A model generated the notes under the pieces. It did not search any database, was not told the DNA's origin, and was given only the letters and a program-made list of their open reading frames with translations. The position numbers and the translations under genes were made by a program. A stretch of DNA of 62,019 nucleotides, filler included, from a candidate division TA06 bacterium SM23_40 (GTDB lineage Bacteria; LJUI01; SM1-40): the NCBI GenBank assembly GCA_001303705.1. It is 3 parts of 3 records of this genome, joined end to end, with 100 filler letters (N's around TTAATTAATTAA, not from the genome) between each part and the next. Parts side by side here need not be neighbours in the genome. Positions count along the whole stretch, not along the records: positions 18,851 to 44,816 come from LJUI01000044.1; positions 44,917 to 62,019 come from LJUI01000045.1; 1 more part is not named here. One strand, given 5' to 3'. Shown here one piece after another: positions 42,466-50,595 of the stretch (within the stretch, counting starts at the first letter, position 1; every line of letters starts with the position of its first letter).

Positions 42466-42890
42466 TGAGCGCCTGGCGGGATGTATGAGAGCGCAGCTAT
42501 CAATTCAGATGGCAAGTGTGGCCTTCCCAGGGCACCTGAAGGGAAGTATGAGAGCGCAGCCATCAACTCAGATGGCGAGTGTGGTCCTCCCTGAACGCCT
42601 GGCGGGGAATCCGGGAGCGCGGCTATCGATTCCGATGGCAAGTGTGGCCCTCCCTGAGCGCCTGGCGGGAAGTCCGGGAGCGCGGCTATCAATTCAGATG
42701 GCACGTGCGGCCCTCCCTGAACGCCTGGCGGGGAATGCGGGAGCGCGGCCATCAATTCAGATGGGAAGTGTGGCCCTCCCTGAACGCCTGGCGCGGAATC
42801 CGAGAGCGCGGCCATCAAATCAGATGGGAAGTGTGGCCCTCCCCGAACGCCTGGCAGGGAATGCGAGAGCGCGATTGTTCGATCAGAAGG
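42466..42890. repeat. 63-bp tandem array, 6 full units and 1 partial, each containing an inverted repeat
   Basis: Units start at 42466, 42529, 42592, 42655, 42718, 42781, 42844; core GCYATC-N6-GATGGS. Confidence 0.95.
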
Positions 42891-42966
42891 AGATGAGCGG
42901 CCGTCCGAGAACGGGCGAGCCGCCGTCTGAGGAAGAGCGACGGGTCATCGAAGAGAGAGGATCGAC

Positions 42967-43611
42967 ATGAACGATCAACCACGCGACTGGACGCGGGAAG
43001 AGCTGGAGGCCGAGTATGTCGGCCATATGACGGTGCGGACCGTACCGGTGAATATCAGGATCGAGGCCAAACAGATGATTCTCGACCTGTCACGCATCCG
43101 CAACCTCCTGGAGAGCGCCCGCCACATCGCCGTGGAAGAGTGTGAATGTCGCCACCGCGTGCAGGGATGTGATGGGCCGCTCGATGTCTGTCTCTCGCTC
43201 AACGACGAGGCGACGGATATAGTCGATCGCGGACATGGTCAGATGATCTCACTTTCCGAGGCGCTCCGCGTGCTCGAGCGATCACACCGAGCCGGGCTCG
43301 TTCACCTCGCCTACACGCTGGAGGGAAGCGAGGAGATCGATATCATCTGCAGTTGCTGCCCCTGCTGCTGCCATTCGCTCGCCGCCCTGGTCCGGTTCGG
43401 ATATGACGGTCACATCATCCGCTCCGACATGATCGCCTCCCGCAATGATGAGGACTGCATCCGGTGCGGCACCTGCGTGGAACGCTGCAGGTTCGGCGTG
43501 TGGGAGGAAGTGAATGGAGAGGTGGTGCCGGACTTCACGAAATGCTTTGGCTGCGGCGTCTGCGTCTCAACCTGCCAGGGGAGCGCGATCGCGCTCACCC
43601 CGCGTTCCTAG
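42967..43611 (+). CDS. 4Fe-4S ferredoxin-domain protein
   Basis: CECR, ICSCCPCCC, CIRCGTCVERC, CFGCGVCVSTC. Confidence 0.88.
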   Translation: MNDQPRDWTREELEAEYVGHMTVRTVPVNIRIEAKQMILDLSRIRNLLESARHIAVEECECRHRVQGCDGPLDVCLSLNDEATDIVDRGHGQMISLSEALRVLERSHRAGLVHLAYTLEGSEEIDIICSCCPCCCHSLAALVRFGYDGHIIRSDMIASRNDEDCIRCGTCVERCRFGVWEEVNGEVVPDFTKCFGCGVCVSTCQGSAIALTPRS

Positions 43612-43908
43612 CCGGAACAGCTCCTCCTAAGGAGCCTACTTTTGTGGATCAACGATGTGTGAAATCCCCGACACCGGGGGCCGCATCAGGAGTTGGACTC
43701 CCGACTTTGCAAAGGGCAGAAGACTGCCCTTGTACGCCGCAAAAAGTCGCGAAATAGCAGATTCCCTTTCCCCACTCTGTGCTGCGGTCTGCGCTGTCCC
43801 TCAGGACTCCATGAGGGCGGCTCGGCCGGATGCCCCATGGAAAGAGGTCCCCGTGAGAGAGCGGCCGCGCCTCGACGAATGCAGCCGCCTGCAACTGCCC
43901 CTGGATTC

Positions 43909-43935
43909 GCTCACCGGCCCGTCCGGTGAGCTCTT
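43909..43935. terminator. Hairpin between convergent genes
   Basis: GCTCACCGG-CCCGT-CCGGTGAGC-TCTT. Confidence 0.45.
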
Positions 43936-43965
43936 GATGTGGGCCCGAACGAAGCTCGCTGACGC

Positions 43966-44816
43966 TCAACCGGAGCGTCCGAGGCCGGGGATGCTCCGCG
44001 CCCACTCCGCGATTACCGCCGCCTCCCTCCCGGATACCAGCCGCGACATCCAGAGCGCGGCCAGATAGACGGCGATGAGCCCGATGGCCCCCGCCGCATG
44101 GCCTACGCCGTCCGGGGGCAACACCCGCATCCCGAGCAGATAGAGCGCCGCGGCGAGGATCAGAATCGCGAGAGCGCGGCCGGGAGCATAGGGTATACGG
44201 TAGCACCGCTGGGAAACGACGTACATCCCGACGGCCAACGCACCATAAGAGATGAGAGTGGTCCAGGCTGCACCCATCATACCATATCTGGGGATGACGA
44301 GAAGATTGAGCCCAAGATTGAGGAGGGCTGCACCGCCGGCGACGAGCATGTTGAACGATGTTCGCTCGGCAAGCATGATGCCCACAGAGAAGACAAGATA
44401 GGACCCGTAGCAGATATAGGAGGCGAGCACGAGCGGGACGACAGCAGCCGCGGGAAGGAATTCAGGGGGGGAAATGAGGCCGATTATCTGGCGTGAGAAG
44501 AGCGCGATGATGAATGCGACGGTGACGAGTATGAACGCGTACAGGCGGAGCACCGAGGCATAGAGAACGGGCGCGTCAGGCCGCCGCGAGACAGAGAAGG
44601 CATACTGAGGCCAGGCGAGCTGGAATGCCATCAACACGAGGACGATCACCATCCCCACCTGGTAGCCGAGGCTGTACAGCCCGACCTCGGTGAAATCCGC
44701 CAGCCGCTCGAGATAGTACCGATCGGCAAGGGTCAGGATCCACAGAGCCAGTCCGGATGGCACGAACGGCAGCCCGAACCGGAGCATGGGAACGACGTCC
44801 CGGGCCCGGAAGGCCG
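43966..44816 (-). CDS. Wzx/MOP-family polysaccharide flippase, 5'-truncated by gap
   Basis: MLRFGLP, DRYYL..VGLYSLG, LNLLVIPRYGMMGAAWTT; multi-TM. Confidence 0.85.
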
Positions 44817-44916
44817 NNNNNNNNNNNNNNNNNNNNNNNNNNNNNNNNNNNNNNNNNNNNTTAATTAATTAANNNNNNNNNNNNNNNNNNNNNNNNNNNN
44901 NNNNNNNNNNNNNNNN
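44817..44916. other. Artificial contig junction
   Basis: N-run containing TTAATTAATTAA. Confidence 0.97.
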
Positions 44917-44918
44917 AA

Positions 44919-45083
44919 CATCTCTTCCGCGAGATCGCCCGTGCGCGTCCCGACCTCGTGGTGACTAACTGTGGAATGTGCAAGATACAGATCGAACAGG
45001 GGACGGGGCTGGCGGTGCGTCATCCGGTGGAGCTGATGATGGAGGCGGCCGAGCTGAGCTCGGAGCAGGCGGTGAAGAAGTAA
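44919..45083 (+). CDS. 3' end of a CCG-domain Fe-S oxidoreductase (GlpC/GlcF-like); absent from the ORF track
   Basis: Manual translation: HLFREIARARPDLVVTNCGMCKIQIEQGTGLAVRHPVELMMEAAELSSEQAVKK*. Confidence 0.8.
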   Translation, partial: HLFREIARARPDLVVTNCGMCKIQIEQGTGLAVRHPVELMMEAAELSSEQAVKK

Positions 45084-45188
45084 GAGCTGTGTCCCTAGAA
45101 AGTATACTGAGGACCGCGGTTAGCGTGAAAAGAGGCGCGGGTCGGGCCAGTGGAGTTGGGCTGTGCGGTGCGTGGATGGTGCGGTACA

Positions 45189-45342
45189 GTCGATGGATAG
45201 ATGTCGCGCGGTCGGTACAGGGCGGCAGAGTTGTCGATAGAGAAAGACGAAGGTGTCGATAGGGATATGTGGGACGGTAAGCGAAAGGGCGCTGAATTGC
45301 CGACGGAGAAACACTGAGCAGCCGCCAGACGGGAAGAATAGC
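45189..45342. repeat. Highly degenerate 22-bp tandem array, ~7 units, with 66-bp higher-order similarity
   Basis: GYCG-led units at 45189, 45211, 45233, 45255, 45299, 45321, with a weaker unit at 45277. Confidence 0.5.
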
Positions 45343-45360
45343 AGACAGCAGGAGGATAAC

Positions 45361-46125
45361 GTGGACGGGAAGAGAAAGGCGGATAGCCGGAACAAGAAGA
45401 AGAAAAAGGCGTCAGAGGCGCTCGACATTCTCGCCTTCGGGGCTCACCCGGACGATGTGGAGATCACCTGCGGGGGCACCCTCATCCGGTGTGCTGACCA
45501 GGGGTACCGTGTCGGGGTAGTCGATCTGACGCGCGGAGAGTGCGGGACGCGCGGCACTCCCGAGGAGCGGCTCAAGGAGGCGGAGAACTCCCGGCGCGTC
45601 ATGGGCATCACGGTGCGCGAGAATCTCGGGCTCACCGACTGCGCGGTCACGAACGACGAGGAGAGCAGGCTCAAGGTCATCGAGGTGATCCGCAAATATC
45701 GCGCGAAGACGCTCATCATACCCCACTGGGAGCAGCGGCATCCTGACCATGCCGAGGCTGCACAGATCATCTATCGTGCCGCCTTCCTCGCTGGCCTGAA
45801 GCGATTCGAGGCGGAGGGACAACCATTTCGTCCCGAGAAGATCCTCTACGCCTATAACTTCCGGAGCTTCGTTCCCACCATCGTCGTCGATATCACGGAC
45901 CAGTTCGAACGGAAGCTCGAGGCAGTCCGCAGCTATCGGTCGCAGTTCGACCCATGCGCATCGCAAGATCCTCCCCTGAGATGGGTAATGGATATGGATA
46001 AGATGCTGGATGCGAAGGCCCGGCACTTCGGCTCATTGATCGCCAGGACATACGGTGAGCCGTTCATCGTCCAGCAGGTGATAGGGATCGATGACCTCGT
46101 GACGATGTCGTTCAGGACGATGTGA
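45361..46125 (+). CDS. bshB1: Bacillithiol-biosynthesis-type deacetylase (PIG-L family)
   Basis: AGGAGG before GTG; AFGAHPDDVE, DLTRGECGTRGT, RHPDH, AAFLAGL, YRSQF, YGEPF. Confidence 0.82.
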   Translation: MDGKRKADSRNKKKKKASEALDILAFGAHPDDVEITCGGTLIRCADQGYRVGVVDLTRGECGTRGTPEERLKEAENSRRVMGITVRENLGLTDCAVTNDEESRLKVIEVIRKYRAKTLIIPHWEQRHPDHAEAAQIIYRAAFLAGLKRFEAEGQPFRPEKILYAYNFRSFVPTIVVDITDQFERKLEAVRSYRSQFDPCASQDPPLRWVMDMDKMLDAKARHFGSLIARTYGEPFIVQQVIGIDDLVTMSFRTM

Positions 46126-46253
46126 GGGTCGTTCATCTCGGCGCAGGTCTCCCCGGGAGACCGCCCTCTCGGCGGCACATGAGCTCACGCTCCGTTCCAG
46201 CCCTGCCATCGGCCGGTTCCCGGCAAAGGAGCCGCCAGACCGCGGAAATCTCC

Positions 46254-46282
46254 TTGACTTGTCCCCCCTCTACTGGCACAAT
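46254..46282 (+). promoter_or_regulatory. Putative sigma70 promoter giving a ~430-nt leader
   Basis: TTGACT-N17-CACAAT with TG at the extended -10 position. Confidence 0.55.
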
Positions 46283-46451
46283 TCTTGCGATTTCCAAACC
46301 GTCTGAGACTCAGAGTTGTTACGGGCCGTGCGCGGGGAGACAACTACTGTCTCAGAGGGAGCGCATCCCGATCCGTAGGGGTACCTCGATCAGCGGACCC
46401 TTCTCCTCGGAAGACGGCGCGCACGAGAATGGTGAAGCATCGCAGAAGGGA

Positions 46452-46717
46452 CCCGGTCCGACAGTGATAGATCGGTCGAACAGGAGCAGCTCGGTGTCGC
46501 CGAGGTGAACCCGTCTCGCAGGGACAACTCGTTCTAACAGCGACACATCGGTGCCACAGAAGTAACTCGGTCTCACAAGCATGATTCTGTCCCGCAGGGA
46601 CACCTCGGTGTCATAGAAGTGACTCGATCTCGGGCGGATAGCGCGGTGTCGCAGGGACAACGCGGCCTTGTACTGATAACCCGGCCTCAAAGGAGCAACT
46701 GAGCCTCACAGGAGCAA
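46452..46717. repeat. Degenerate 19-bp tandem array, 14 phased units
   Basis: Consensus ~CTCGGTSTCRCAGRRRYAA; phase kept over 266 bp; ends 4 bp before GTG 46722. Confidence 0.88.
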
Positions 46718-46721
46718 CTAC

Positions 46722-47717
46722 GTGACCAAGCGTGAGCGGATAGCGGCAGCCCTGGCGCGCGAGGAATGCGACCGGGTGCCGGTCTCCTTCTGGCGGCATT
46801 TCTACGATAGAGAGGGGAGTGCCGAGGACCTTGCCGAATCGATGCTCGCGTTCGAGCGTGAGTTCGATTGGGATTTCCTGAAGGTGAATCCCCGGGCTTC
46901 ATACCATGTCGAGGGATGGGGCGCGCGGTTCGGCCCCACCGGCGTGCCGCACGAGAAGCCGGAGCTCATCGAGCCGGGCGTGCGGGATCCGTCCGACTGG
47001 CGCAACATCAAGCGTCTCGATCACCGCAAGGGGGCCCTGGGGGAGCAGCTGGAGGCGATCAAGCGGATCGCGGATGGACTTCAGGGCGAGGTGCCGTTCG
47101 TGGAGACGATCTTCACACCGCTCTCAGTGGCAGGAGATCTCGTCCGATCAGACGACGATCTGGTGAAAGCGATCCGCGAGCATCCGGACAGGGTAGAGAG
47201 CGCCGTCGATGCGATCGCTGATACCTTCTCTGCGTTTGCTGAGGAGCTCGTGGCGCGGGGAGCGGATGGCGTCTTCTTCGCCACAACACAATGGGCATCG
47301 CGGGACAGGATCACGGACGAAGAGTATAAGCGGTTCGGCAGGGCGTATGATCTCCGTGTGCTCGAGGCGGTGAAGGACGCCAACCTTATCATTCTTCACG
47401 TCTGCGACAAGAATAGCATGTTCGACCTGGTGGCCGACTACCCGGTCCATGCGTTCAATTGGGCAATAAGCCTGCCGGGGAACCCGGGACTGGCCGAGGG
47501 CGCCCGGATGGCGGACAAGGCTGTGATCGGAGGGGTGGACGAGGACCTGGCTCTCATGGAGGAGACGCCGGAGGCCGCAATCGGCGAGGCCCGGGCGGCG
47601 CTCGCGGATACCGGAGGGCGGGGGTGGATACTCGGACCGGGATGCGCCGTTCCGACTCGCGTGAAGATGGAGAACCTGCATGCGCTTCGCGAATGGGTGG
47701 GGGAGGCACGCCCATGA
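46722..47717 (+). CDS. Uroporphyrinogen-decarboxylase/MtaA-CmuA superfamily protein
   Basis: MTKRERI..AL..E.CDRVPVSFW, TIFTPLS, GADGVF, ILHVC, ILGPGC; lacks the HemE RQAGR motif. Confidence 0.8.
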   Translation: MTKRERIAAALAREECDRVPVSFWRHFYDREGSAEDLAESMLAFEREFDWDFLKVNPRASYHVEGWGARFGPTGVPHEKPELIEPGVRDPSDWRNIKRLDHRKGALGEQLEAIKRIADGLQGEVPFVETIFTPLSVAGDLVRSDDDLVKAIREHPDRVESAVDAIADTFSAFAEELVARGADGVFFATTQWASRDRITDEEYKRFGRAYDLRVLEAVKDANLIILHVCDKNSMFDLVADYPVHAFNWAISLPGNPGLAEGARMADKAVIGGVDEDLALMEETPEAAIGEARAALADTGGRGWILGPGCAVPTRVKMENLHALREWVGEARP

Positions 47718-48814
47718 AGACCCAGATCGCCCGAGTTATGCCCGATCAGTATCTCGAGATTCCCGAGGAGGAACTCGTTGCGCGTATCAAGGAACACAAG
47801 GCGGAGCTGGGCGAGCGGCTTGTGCTCCTCACTCATCACTATCAGCGTCCTGAGATAGTGGCGCTCGGTGACTTCGTGGGGGACTCATTCGGGCTGTCCC
47901 GCGATGCTGCCCGCCAGACCAAGGCCAAGGATATCGTCTTCTGCGGCGTCCACTTCATGGCGGAGAGTGCAGCTATTCTTGCCGGGCCGGGCCAGCGGGT
48001 ATCGATGCCGGATCTCCGCGCCGGCTGCCCCATGGCGAACATGGCGGAGATAGAAGAAGTGGAACGCGCCTGGAGCGATCTGGCTTCGATCGGCCGGCAG
48101 GAGGGAGTCATTCCGCTCACGTACATGAACTCCCACGCCGAGTTGAAGGCGTTTTGCGGGCGGAATGAGGGGTCGGTCTGTACGTCCACGAACGCCGGTC
48201 CCGCATTCGAGTGGGCATTCAAGAGAGGTGACCGCGTCTTCTTCTTCCCTGATGAGCACCTGGGGCGCAATACCGCGAACGCGCTGAAGATCCCCCGCGA
48301 TAAGGTCGTCATCTATGATCCCGAAGACGAGATGGGCGGGCTGAGCCCGGAGGAGCTGGGGCAGGCACGGGCGATTCTGTGGAAAGGGTATTGCCACGTC
48401 CATACCCACTTCCGACCTGAGCATGTCAATAGGGTGCGGCAACGTCATCCCGGCGTGATGGTGGTAGTCCACCCCGAATGCACGGAGGATGTGGTCGACC
48501 TCTCGGATGCGGCGGGCTCGACCGAGTTCATCGTCCGCTATGTGGAAAACGCCCCGGCAGGGGCAACGATAGCGATCGGGACTGAGCTCAACCTCGTGCA
48601 GCGCCTCGCGCTCGAGCATCCTGACAAAAAGATATTCGAGCTCGCCCGGTCGCTCTGTCCCAATATGTTTCGTATCAACCTGCGCAATCTCCTGTGGCTG
48701 CTCGACCACCTGGGAGAGGTGAACATCGTGACAGTGCCTGAGGCGGTGGCGAGTGAGGCGAGAGTTGCCCTGGAGCGTATGCTCTCGATAACGGCGGCCC
48801 GCGCCGAGGATTGA
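47714..48814 (+). CDS. nadA: Quinolinate synthase
   Basis: HHYQ, FCGVHFMAESA, AGCPMA, YMNS, CTS.NA, PDEHLGRN, CHVH, HPEC, GST, CPNM; ATGA overlap with upstream gene. Confidence 0.95.
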   Translation: MKTQIARVMPDQYLEIPEEELVARIKEHKAELGERLVLLTHHYQRPEIVALGDFVGDSFGLSRDAARQTKAKDIVFCGVHFMAESAAILAGPGQRVSMPDLRAGCPMANMAEIEEVERAWSDLASIGRQEGVIPLTYMNSHAELKAFCGRNEGSVCTSTNAGPAFEWAFKRGDRVFFFPDEHLGRNTANALKIPRDKVVIYDPEDEMGGLSPEELGQARAILWKGYCHVHTHFRPEHVNRVRQRHPGVMVVVHPECTEDVVDLSDAAGSTEFIVRYVENAPAGATIAIGTELNLVQRLALEHPDKKIFELARSLCPNMFRINLRNLLWLLDHLGEVNIVTVPEAVASEARVALERMLSITAARAED

Positions 48815-48831
48815 CAATCCTGTAACGTCCT

Positions 48832-48868
48832 GTCTCGTCTTGACAAGGACGAGACCTTCGACTATTTT
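48832..48868 (+). promoter_or_regulatory. Putative promoter of the glycogen operon, with an inverted repeat across the -35 box
   Basis: TTGACA(48840)-N17-TATTTT; GTCTCGTC-N8-GACGAGAC. Confidence 0.45.
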
Positions 48869-49092
48869 ATGATGGGCCGAGGGGTGCACAGGCCTCGTTT
48901 CAGAGTGGTTGCGTCTCGCGGCCTTCTCGATTTCCTGGGGGAGCGTGGCCCGTCCAGTATCCAGGGCTCGCGGCCGGTAGGCTCCAACCGCTGGCTATGT
49001 GGCCCTGAGCACCAGCCCGGGCTGGTTTCGAGTGTCGATTGAGAGTTGGCGTCCGATAGAACGCGAGCGTCCCACAGAGAGTGAGGCGAGCG

Positions 49093-50562
49093 ATGAAGAT
49101 CGCAATGTGTTCCCCTGAAATGGTACCGTTTGCCAAGACCGGCGGCCTTGGGGATGTGGTTGGAGCCCTTCCGAGGGCGCTCCGCAGTCTGGGAGCGGAC
49201 GTGTTCGTCATGATCCCCGGATACACATCAATCGACCGGTCGGAGTTCCGTGTCGGCCGGATCGGGAAGCTCCCGGTGCCGGTGGGGCGCACGGTCGTCG
49301 AGGCCGTACTCAAAGAATGTTTCGCGGTCCCCGATGTGCCGGTTCTCCTGTTGGAAGGCGGCGACTACTTCTCGCGAGAGGGATTGTACGGCGATGAGCA
49401 CGGTGATTATCCGGATAATGCCGAGCGGTTCGCCTTCCTCGCCCGCGGGTTCCTCGAGACGCTCAAACTGCTCGATTTCGCCCCTGATATCGTCCATTGC
49501 CACGACTGGCAGACCGGTCTCGTCCCGGTCTATCTCAGGACGCTCTACAGCCACGATCCGTTCTTTTCTCCCATACGCAGCCTGTTCACAGTTCATAACC
49601 TGGCCTATCAGGGCCTGTTTCCCCCTGAAACGCTTGAGCAGGTGGGTCTCGACAGCTCACTCTTCACGCCTGATCAGCTCGAATTCTGGGGGAAGATGAG
49701 TTTCATGAAGGGCGGTCTCGTCTTCTCGGACAAGATCTCGACTGTGAGCCCGACCTACGCCCGGGAGATTCAGACCCTGGAGGCGGGCTGCGGGCTTGAC
49801 GGCGTGCTGAGCGCGCGCAGACAGGACCTCGAGGGAATCCTCAACGGCATCGACCCCCTTGAATGGAATCCCACAACGGACAGGGCTCTCAAGCAGCAGT
49901 ACGACCGGCGCGCGACACGTGGCAAGCTGGCCAACAAGGTCGCCCTCCAGAGGAAGACGCGGCTCAAGGTTGATGAGTCGGTCCCGCTGATCGGGCTCAT
50001 CTCCAGGCTCGTGGAGCAGAAGGGTATCGATCTCATCGCGCACGCCGCGGACGACCTGCTAGGCAAGCGCGATGTACAACTCGTTATCCTGGGAACCGGC
50101 GATCCTCGCTATCACAAACTGCTCGAGGGCCTGGCCAAGAAGTACCGCAAGCGACTGTCTCTCAACATCCGGTTCGATCTCACACTGGCGCGGCAGATAT
50201 ACGGCGGGAGCGACTTCTTCCTGATGCCGTCTCGTTTTGAGCCGTGCGGGTTGGGTCAGATGATCAGCTTCAGGTACGGGACGATCCCGATCGTCCGGAG
50301 GACCGGAGGTTTCGTCGATACTATAGTCGACTACAACCAGGCCACGGGAGAGGGCAACGGCTTCGTCTTCGAAGCGTACACGCCTGCCGCGCTCCTCTCG
50401 GCGATCGATCGGGCCCTCGAAGCGTATGGGGACAAGAGGAAGTGGCGGAGCCTGGTGCAGCGAGTGATGGCACTCGACTTCTCGTGGAACGCCTCGGCAC
50501 GGAACTACCTCGCTCTGTATGAATCTCTAACGAAGGTGGCGCAGCCGCAGCCGGTGGCATAG
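49093..50562 (+). CDS. glgA: Glycogen synthase
   Basis: KTGGLGDV, HCHDWQT, HNLAYQG, RLVEQKG, PSRFEPCGL. Confidence 0.96.
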   Translation: MKIAMCSPEMVPFAKTGGLGDVVGALPRALRSLGADVFVMIPGYTSIDRSEFRVGRIGKLPVPVGRTVVEAVLKECFAVPDVPVLLLEGGDYFSREGLYGDEHGDYPDNAERFAFLARGFLETLKLLDFAPDIVHCHDWQTGLVPVYLRTLYSHDPFFSPIRSLFTVHNLAYQGLFPPETLEQVGLDSSLFTPDQLEFWGKMSFMKGGLVFSDKISTVSPTYAREIQTLEAGCGLDGVLSARRQDLEGILNGIDPLEWNPTTDRALKQQYDRRATRGKLANKVALQRKTRLKVDESVPLIGLISRLVEQKGIDLIAHAADDLLGKRDVQLVILGTGDPRYHKLLEGLAKKYRKRLSLNIRFDLTLARQIYGGSDFFLMPSRFEPCGLGQMISFRYGTIPIVRRTGGFVDTIVDYNQATGEGNGFVFEAYTPAALLSAIDRALEAYGDKRKWRSLVQRVMALDFSWNASARNYLALYESLTKVAQPQPVA

Positions 50563-50595
50563 GGCTGTGCGAAGAACTAGCATGAGGAGGAGGAG

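Noticed and set aside
42466-42890. 63-bp array as a CRISPR or guide-RNA array
   Set aside because: Whole units are homologous, there are no unique spacers, and no cas or other nuclease effector gene is nearby.
46452-46717. 19-bp arrays as plasmid iterons or an origin
   Set aside because: Too degenerate, with no Rep gene, AT-rich unwinding element or DnaA boxes recognised.
46722-47717. Calling the gene hemE
   Set aside because: It lacks the RQAGR substrate-binding motif and has no tetrapyrrole gene context.
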